Source: Candidatus Versatilivorator sp. (GTDB taxonomy: Bacteria; Acidobacteriota; Terriglobia; Versatilivoradales; Versatilivoraceae). From it: DNA of 64,000 nt. The position numbers and the translations under genes are program-made. The notes beneath the pieces were generated by a model. It was given only the letters and a program-made list of their open reading frames with translations. It did no database searches and was not told where the DNA came from. Shown piece after piece: positions 58,634 to 64,000 of this stretch. The stretch covers positions 768,001-832,000 of the forward strand of contig OZ242296.1 in NCBI GenBank assembly GCA_965207735.1. The letters are read 5' to 3'. Each line of letters begins with the position of its first letter. Within the stretch, counting starts at the first letter, position 1.

Positions 58634-60550
58634 ATGAATTCAAATACTGTGCTCGATCGCGAAAAACTCAGGCACACCTTGGCTCGCGCCACCCGCAAGC
58701 TGCTGGATTCCCGGGTCCCGGCAGGCCACTGGGAAGGTGAGTTGTCGAGCAGCGCCCTCTCCACCGCCACCGCGGTGCTGGCTTTGGCCCTGCTGCTGCG
58801 GGAGGGAGAAGGGCGTCTGGATCCGAGTCTGGCGGCCACCTGTCGGAATTTGACGGCCAAGGGAAGGGACTGGCTGGTTGAGAACCAAAATCCGGACGGT
58901 GGTTTCGGCGATACAGTCGGGAGCCCCGGCAACCTGAGCACCACGGCGCTGGGCTGGGGGGCCTTGACAGCCGCGGACGGTGGTTGTGACCAGACTCTGA
59001 ACGCTACTCGGGCCTGGCTGACGGCCAGGACCGGAGGTCTGGACGCCGGGGCGCTGGCCACGGCCATTACCGCCCGCTATGGGGATGATCGCACCTTCTC
59101 GGCACCCATCCTGACCGCCTGCGCCCTGGCCGGAGCCTTCGGACCGGATAAAGGCGTCTGGAGCCGCGTCCCTCAGCTCCCTTTCGAGCTGGCCGTCTGT
59201 CCCCCGCAGTGGTTCAAGTGGCTGCGCCTGCCGGTGGTCAGCTATGCCCTGCCGGCCCTGATCGCCATCGGCCAGGTCCGCCACTGCTTCCATGCCACTC
59301 GAAATCCCTTGCTGCGCCTGATCCGCTCCCTGGCACGACGAAGGAGCCTGGAGATCCTGCAGACCATTCAGCCGGCAAGCGGCGGTTACCTGGAAGCGGT
59401 TCCTCTCACCAGCTTCGTGATCATGAGCCTGGCGGCCAGCGGGCAGGCATGCCACCCGGTCGTCTTGCGGGGTGTGGATTTTTTGGCGGCCACCGCTCGG
59501 GCCGACGGATCCTGGCCCATCGATACCAACCTGGCAACCTGGGTGACCACCCAGTCCCTCGCTTCCCTGGCGGCCGGAGGGGATCTCGAATCCCACCTGG
59601 ATGCGGAAGAGCGCCGAGACCTCCGGCGCTGGCTGCTGGATCAGCAATATCACAGCCTGCACCCCTATACCCATGCCGAGCCTGGCGGCTGGGCCTGGAC
59701 CGATCTGCCGGGCGGGGTTCCGGATGCCGACGATACCGCCGGCGCCCTGCTGGCCTTGAGCTACCTGGGACCCGGCGATGTCGAGTCGATTCAAGCCGCT
59801 TCCGCCGGCGTGGAGTGGCTGCTCGATCTGCAGAACTCTGACGGAGGCATTCCAACCTTCTGTCGTGGCTGGGGCCGGCTGCCCTTCGACCGCAGCAGCC
59901 CCGATCTCACGGCCCATGCGCTGCTGGCCTGGTCAAGCTGGCAACAGGCTGTTCCGCTCCGGCTTCGATCCCGCCTGCAGTCGGCCGGGAGGCGCGGTGT
60001 GAACTATCTGTCCGTTTCCCAACGAGAGGACGGCGCCTGGGTGCCGCTCTGGTTCGGTAACCAGGCGGCCCGAGGCGAAGAGAACCCGACCTATGGCACG
60101 GCCCGGGTAGTGCTGGCTCTCAACCGTCTGAGCGACGACGGAGACTTTCCGGTTGAAGGAATGAGGAGTCGAGGCATCGACTGGTTGCTGGCTGCGCAGA
60201 ACGCCGACGGTGGCTGGGGCGGATCTGCAGGAGTGGCATCCACCATCGAAGAGACGGCTCTGGCGGTACAGACCCTGGCGGATGCCCCGGATGTGGCTTC
60301 GCATTCCCTGGACCTGACGAGGAGCCCCGTGGAGGTCGCCATCGCCAAGGGGGTATCCTTGCTGGTCGCTGCCACCCGAGGGGGGCGGGATTTCAAGCCG
60401 TCGCCCATCGGACTCTACTTTTCCAAGCTGTGGTACTTCGAGCGCCAGTATCCGGTTATCTTCTCCGTGGCCGCCCTGGGTCGGGCAGCCTCCACGGATT
60501 ATCGATGCACCCTTTCCAATACCTCGGCCGGCGGAGGCGGAAACAGGTAG
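58634..60550 (+). CDS. Divergent squalene-hopene-cyclase-like class II terpene cyclase
   Basis: HWEGELS, QW repeats (QNPDGGF, QNSDGG, QREDGAW, QNADGGWG), GGWAW...PDADDT (DXDD), PDLTAH. Confidence 0.88.
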   Translation: MNSNTVLDREKLRHTLARATRKLLDSRVPAGHWEGELSSSALSTATAVLALALLLREGEGRLDPSLAATCRNLTAKGRDWLVENQNPDGGFGDTVGSPGNLSTTALGWGALTAADGGCDQTLNATRAWLTARTGGLDAGALATAITARYGDDRTFSAPILTACALAGAFGPDKGVWSRVPQLPFELAVCPPQWFKWLRLPVVSYALPALIAIGQVRHCFHATRNPLLRLIRSLARRRSLEILQTIQPASGGYLEAVPLTSFVIMSLAASGQACHPVVLRGVDFLAATARADGSWPIDTNLATWVTTQSLASLAAGGDLESHLDAEERRDLRRWLLDQQYHSLHPYTHAEPGGWAWTDLPGGVPDADDTAGALLALSYLGPGDVESIQAASAGVEWLLDLQNSDGGIPTFCRGWGRLPFDRSSPDLTAHALLAWSSWQQAVPLRLRSRLQSAGRRGVNYLSVSQREDGAWVPLWFGNQAARGEENPTYGTARVVLALNRLSDDGDFPVEGMRSRGIDWLLAAQNADGGWGGSAGVASTIEETALAVQTLADAPDVASHSLDLTRSPVEVAIAKGVSLLVAATRGGRDFKPSPIGLYFSKLWYFERQYPVIFSVAALGRAASTDYRCTLSNTSAGGGGNR

Positions 60551-60595
60551 CTTGCCGTGTAACCGACGAACAGGTCTGCCATGGTTCGACTCCGT

Positions 60596-62170
60596 TCAAT
60601 AGGTCGGCTTCCCTACCCCGCGGGGAGCATGGAAGCTCCCGCGGGTGAGTCCCCGGCCGGCTTCGATGTAGTCGTCCAGCTTCCGCTTCAGATCCGCCAC
60701 TACATCCGGGTATTGCGCGGCCACATCCGTCAGCTCGTCGGGGTCCTTTTCGCGGCTGTAGAGCTGGGGCGGATAGGTGCCGGAGTATTCGTCCGGATTC
60801 CACACCGCGCTGAAGTTCCATTCAGGGGTTCGCACCGCCCCGATCCATCCGTAGGCCATGACGGCGTGATCGTGAATGCTCCGGGTTTTCCCCGTGACCA
60901 GCGGCCAGAAGTCCTTTCCGGTGACCCGCGGGACCGGCTCCAGTTCCAGTCGTCCCAGCAGGGTGGGAACGTAGTCGGGGATCTGGACGAAGCCGCCCAC
61001 TCGCCGGCCGGCGCCTTCCCTGCCGGGCAGGCGAACCAGCAGGGGCAGATGAGACACTTGGCGGCGAATGCGTTCCGGCCCTTTGCAGAACTGGCCCTGC
61101 TCCCCCAGCAGTGCTCCATGATCAGACATGAAGGCCACGATGGAGTTGTCGAACAGTCCCAGTTCCTCGATCGCCTTGAAGATCTCTCCCAGCCAGTAGT
61201 CCACACATTCGCTTTCGGCGAAGTAGTTGGCTCTCAAGCGTTTGACTCCCTCCTCCGGAACCTCGACATCATCATAGGGCGGCGTGGCCCAGGTGGGTCC
61301 CTTGGCATTGGGCATGTAATTGTCCAGAAACCTCCTGGGCGGGTCCCAGGGCTCGTGGGGATCGAAGGCCTCCATTTGGAGGAAAAAGGGCTTGTGGCCG
61401 TGATTTTCCCTGAGCCAGGCAATGACCTTCCTGGCAGTAATTTCAATCAGGGATTCGCCCTCCTTCAGCCACCGGCTCATGTTCAGCTTACCCTGGTTGA
61501 CTTCCCACCGCAGGTCGGCTCTGGAGAAAGGGCTGAAATTCTCCAAGTAGGCTTCCGGGACCACATCGGTGATCTCCGGCAGTTGGTGAGGCAAGGTGGC
61601 GTAGTAATCGAAGGAATGGCCTCTGACCCAGTCGAAATAGCGGAAACCTCGATGAAAGTTTCGCCCCGGCCGGGTGAAATGGAGAATGTCGGCGATCAGG
61701 GCGGTGGCGTAGCCGGCTTCATGAAGGGTCTCGGCCAGGGTGACATCTTCGAAAAACAATGGATGCCAGCCAGGCATTTGCACCGGATCATGCTGCTGAT
61801 AGTAGTCGAAAGGCACGATTCTTCGTCCGGTCATGAGGTTTCGCCGAATGGGAACCGTCGGCAAGGCCTCCGGGTAGGCATCTTCGAAGATGACGCTGTC
61901 TTGCGCAAAGCGGTTGAGGTTGGGGCAGTCCACCTGGTTACCCCCATAGCAGGCCAGGTTGTCGGCACGAAAGGTGTCCACGTCCAGCAGGATGAGATTC
62001 AGCCGGTTGCCCTTGTCCCTCTGGTCCGGCGGTTTTTCCCAGACTCCGCCGGAAGCATCAGTGTCACTCCCCTCAGGCCGGCTGCCGGCGCAGCCCGCCA
62101 GGCCGACGGCCGCCGCCGAGGCCGGAGCCCGCGTCAGAAATTCCCTTCTGGAGAAATGTTTGGGCGCCAT
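60596..62170 (-). CDS. Tat lipoprotein sulfatase-family hydrolase with Thr at the nucleophile position
   Basis: SRREFL Tat motif, LAGC lipobox, DVDTFRAD, PTVPIRR.LMTGR, DPHEPW, SDHG. Confidence 0.85.
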   Translation of the reverse strand: MAPKHFSRREFLTRAPASAAAVGLAGCAGSRPEGSDTDASGGVWEKPPDQRDKGNRLNLILLDVDTFRADNLACYGGNQVDCPNLNRFAQDSVIFEDAYPEALPTVPIRRNLMTGRRIVPFDYYQQHDPVQMPGWHPLFFEDVTLAETLHEAGYATALIADILHFTRPGRNFHRGFRYFDWVRGHSFDYYATLPHQLPEITDVVPEAYLENFSPFSRADLRWEVNQGKLNMSRWLKEGESLIEITARKVIAWLRENHGHKPFFLQMEAFDPHEPWDPPRRFLDNYMPNAKGPTWATPPYDDVEVPEEGVKRLRANYFAESECVDYWLGEIFKAIEELGLFDNSIVAFMSDHGALLGEQGQFCKGPERIRRQVSHLPLLVRLPGREGAGRRVGGFVQIPDYVPTLLGRLELEPVPRVTGKDFWPLVTGKTRSIHDHAVMAYGWIGAVRTPEWNFSAVWNPDEYSGTYPPQLYSREKDPDELTDVAAQYPDVVADLKRKLDDYIEAGRGLTRGSFHAPRGVGKPTY

Positions 62171-62437
62171 GGAGATACTCCTTTCCCTTGTCGGGAACAC
62201 ACCTGTTTCACTCTGTATCAGCCGCCTCATTATATGGGACGGCAGCGCAGCCGGGTGAGAAGTGAATAGTGGAGAGTGGAGAGTTATTTGACCGGTTGGT
62301 GTTTCACTCTGCATGATTTGCACGCCAGGGCGGTGCTGGACTTGTAGCCGCTGGGCCAGCCGGTGCACGACTTCGCTGAAGAAGGATCGGTTTCGTGAGA
62401 AAATACCATCCCTCACGATGACCATAAAGGAGGCGCC

Positions 62438-63403
62438 TTGAAGAAAATCACTCGTGATCAGGCCAGAAAGTATGCCTTTGATTGGGAAGACGAGCCGCTG
62501 TTGAGAGTCAGGCCCGGCGAGAGCTTCGAAATCGAGACCTGGGATGCCAGCACCGGCTATTTTCGCACCCCGGACGACAAGGCCATTCCAAGCCTGCGGC
62601 CCGGATTCGACCGAGACCCTCCGCTGGCCAATCCCATTGGCGGACCGGTCTGGCTGGAGGGCGCTGAAGCGGGAGACCTGCTCGAAGTGAACATCGAGGC
62701 CATCACGGTGGCGGAGTATTCCTGGACGGCGGTGGGTCCCAACCGCGGACCTCTGGGCGCCTCAACCCGCTGGCCGGAGCTTTCATCCCAATACGCCACC
62801 AGGATCTTCCGTCATGCTTCAGGGCCCAGCGGCACCACCCGGGACGGCACCTTGCATTTCAATCAACGGATCCAGTGGCCCATCACTCCCTTTGTCGGGA
62901 CTCTGGGGGTGGCCCCTGACCGCGAGGTAACTACCAGCGGCGACGGACAGGGCCCCTGGGGCGGCAACCTGGACATCCGTGATCTGGCCCCCGGAAATAA
63001 AATCTATCTTCCCATCTTTCATCCGGGCGCCCGTTTTTACCTGGGCGATATCCACGCCAGTCAAGGGGACACCGAATTCACCGGTACGGCCGCGGAAACC
63101 AATGCCACCGTGCGCCTGAGCCTTGAACTGGCGAAGGGCAAGACCATTCCCTTCATGCGGATCGAAAAGCCCGACTCCATCGTTGCCGTCCACGCCTACC
63201 GGCCCCTGGAAGTTGCCGTGGAGACGGCCACCTTCCACCTGATGGACTGGCTCATCACCGATTACGGATTCACCCCCACCGACGCCTACTGCCTGGTGAG
63301 CGTCTGTCCCGACTTCCGCATCAACGTCTATCAGATGTGCAAGCTGGGAAAGCTGAACTTCGTGGCGGGGGCAGAGATTCCCACCCGCTACCTCGACCGG
63401 TAA
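62438..63403 (+). CDS. Acetamidase/formamidase family protein
   Basis: P.LRV.PGE, NPIGGPV..EGA.AGD.L, PFVGTLGVAP, GGNLD, GD.HASQGD.E; TTG start after AAGGAGG. Confidence 0.88.
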   Translation: MKKITRDQARKYAFDWEDEPLLRVRPGESFEIETWDASTGYFRTPDDKAIPSLRPGFDRDPPLANPIGGPVWLEGAEAGDLLEVNIEAITVAEYSWTAVGPNRGPLGASTRWPELSSQYATRIFRHASGPSGTTRDGTLHFNQRIQWPITPFVGTLGVAPDREVTTSGDGQGPWGGNLDIRDLAPGNKIYLPIFHPGARFYLGDIHASQGDTEFTGTAAETNATVRLSLELAKGKTIPFMRIEKPDSIVAVHAYRPLEVAVETATFHLMDWLITDYGFTPTDAYCLVSVCPDFRINVYQMCKLGKLNFVAGAEIPTRYLDR

Positions 63404-63699
63404 AGGCTTCCTTGGGTCCGGCAGACGGGAATTCTGTGCTCAGTGCGAGCGGTCCAGGCCGCCACGTCCTGGGAGAGCAGGTCGGAAGTTAACGTGAATG
63501 CATCTTGCACCCCGGAAACGCTCCCAGGACGATTTTGGCTCTCTCAGCGGGCACTTTCTCCCCGCCTGTGGGCTATCCGGAATTTCTGTCCCGATCGTCC
63601 GAAAAACGAGGCTGTAGGATTCGCCGTACTGCATCCTCTCGGGGGCCGGCGATCTGGAGCACCTGGAGGCAGGAGGCCGTACGTGATAGGATAGGCTGT

Positions 63700-63933
63700 A
63701 TGAGCCCTGAAAGCATCACTCTCATCGGTATCGGAGTTGCCCTGCTCAGTGCCCTGGTGCTCCTCTTCCGCTGGCTGCGCCGGGACCTCCAGGGTCTACG
63801 CCAGGACATGAGGGACATGGAAGGCCGCCTAAATGCCCGGATCGACGCCTTGAGCTCGCGGATCGACTCGGTCAACTCCCGGATCGACGCTCTCTTTCAG
63901 GCCCTCTTCAGCCGCAAAGACCCCGCAGCGTGA
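63700..63933 (+). CDS. Small membrane-anchored coiled-coil protein (77 aa)
   Basis: TM ITLIGIGVALLSALVLLF followed by heptads RLNARID/ALSSRID/SVNSRID. Confidence 0.6.
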   Translation: MSPESITLIGIGVALLSALVLLFRWLRRDLQGLRQDMRDMEGRLNARIDALSSRIDSVNSRIDALFQALFSRKDPAA

Positions 63934-64000
63934 AGGCTTGGTTCCTTTTCTCTCCCCGTTATCCAACCTCACGTTAAAATCAGGACCCACGGAGATAAAG

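Noticed and set aside
52341-60550. Standard hopanoid (hpn) cluster
   Set aside because: No hpnCDE, hpnG or hpnN; the cyclase motifs diverge from SHC and the partner genes are atypical

Overview
GC-rich bacterial chromosomal window with about 52 CDS, tRNA-Leu(TAA) and tRNA-Glu(CTC). The gene repertoire (multiple PQQ-like beta-propellers, Tat Gfo/Idh/MocA oxidoreductase, sulfatase, DUF1844) suggests Acidobacteriota or a PVC-type organism, which is inference only. The left 39 kb carries mostly metabolic and housekeeping genes: PgpH-like HD protein, ribF, lipA, rlpA, transporters, a hydroxyproline epimerase-like gene and a CusCBA copper efflux operon. Right of tRNA-Glu lie an apparent Fur-controlled iron module (two Fur boxes, a FecA-like receptor and a Fur-ferritin/rubrerythrin fusion), an IS5-like element with two MITEs that share its ends, and the main candidate novel system. 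That system is a co-oriented cluster (48.2-60.6 kb), tightly packed over its first eight genes: DndA-type cysteine desulfurase, orphan GcvH-like lipoyl-carrier protein, COG0523-type GTPase, HdrA-N-like Fe-S protein, ferredoxin, radical SAM/SPASM enzyme, DUF116-polyprenyl synthase fusion, prenyltransferase-fold protein and a divergent DXDD squalene-hopene-cyclase-like enzyme. It looks like an uncharacterised terpenoid pathway with sulfur or radical chemistry, possibly carried on a protein. Other notable items are a D-aminoacylase pseudoenzyme lipoprotein, a Thr-type sulfatase, an archaeal-type ACT protein, a possible copper-sensing leader ORF and an internally deleted RAYT between REPs. All calls come from motif reading by eye; no database searches were run.
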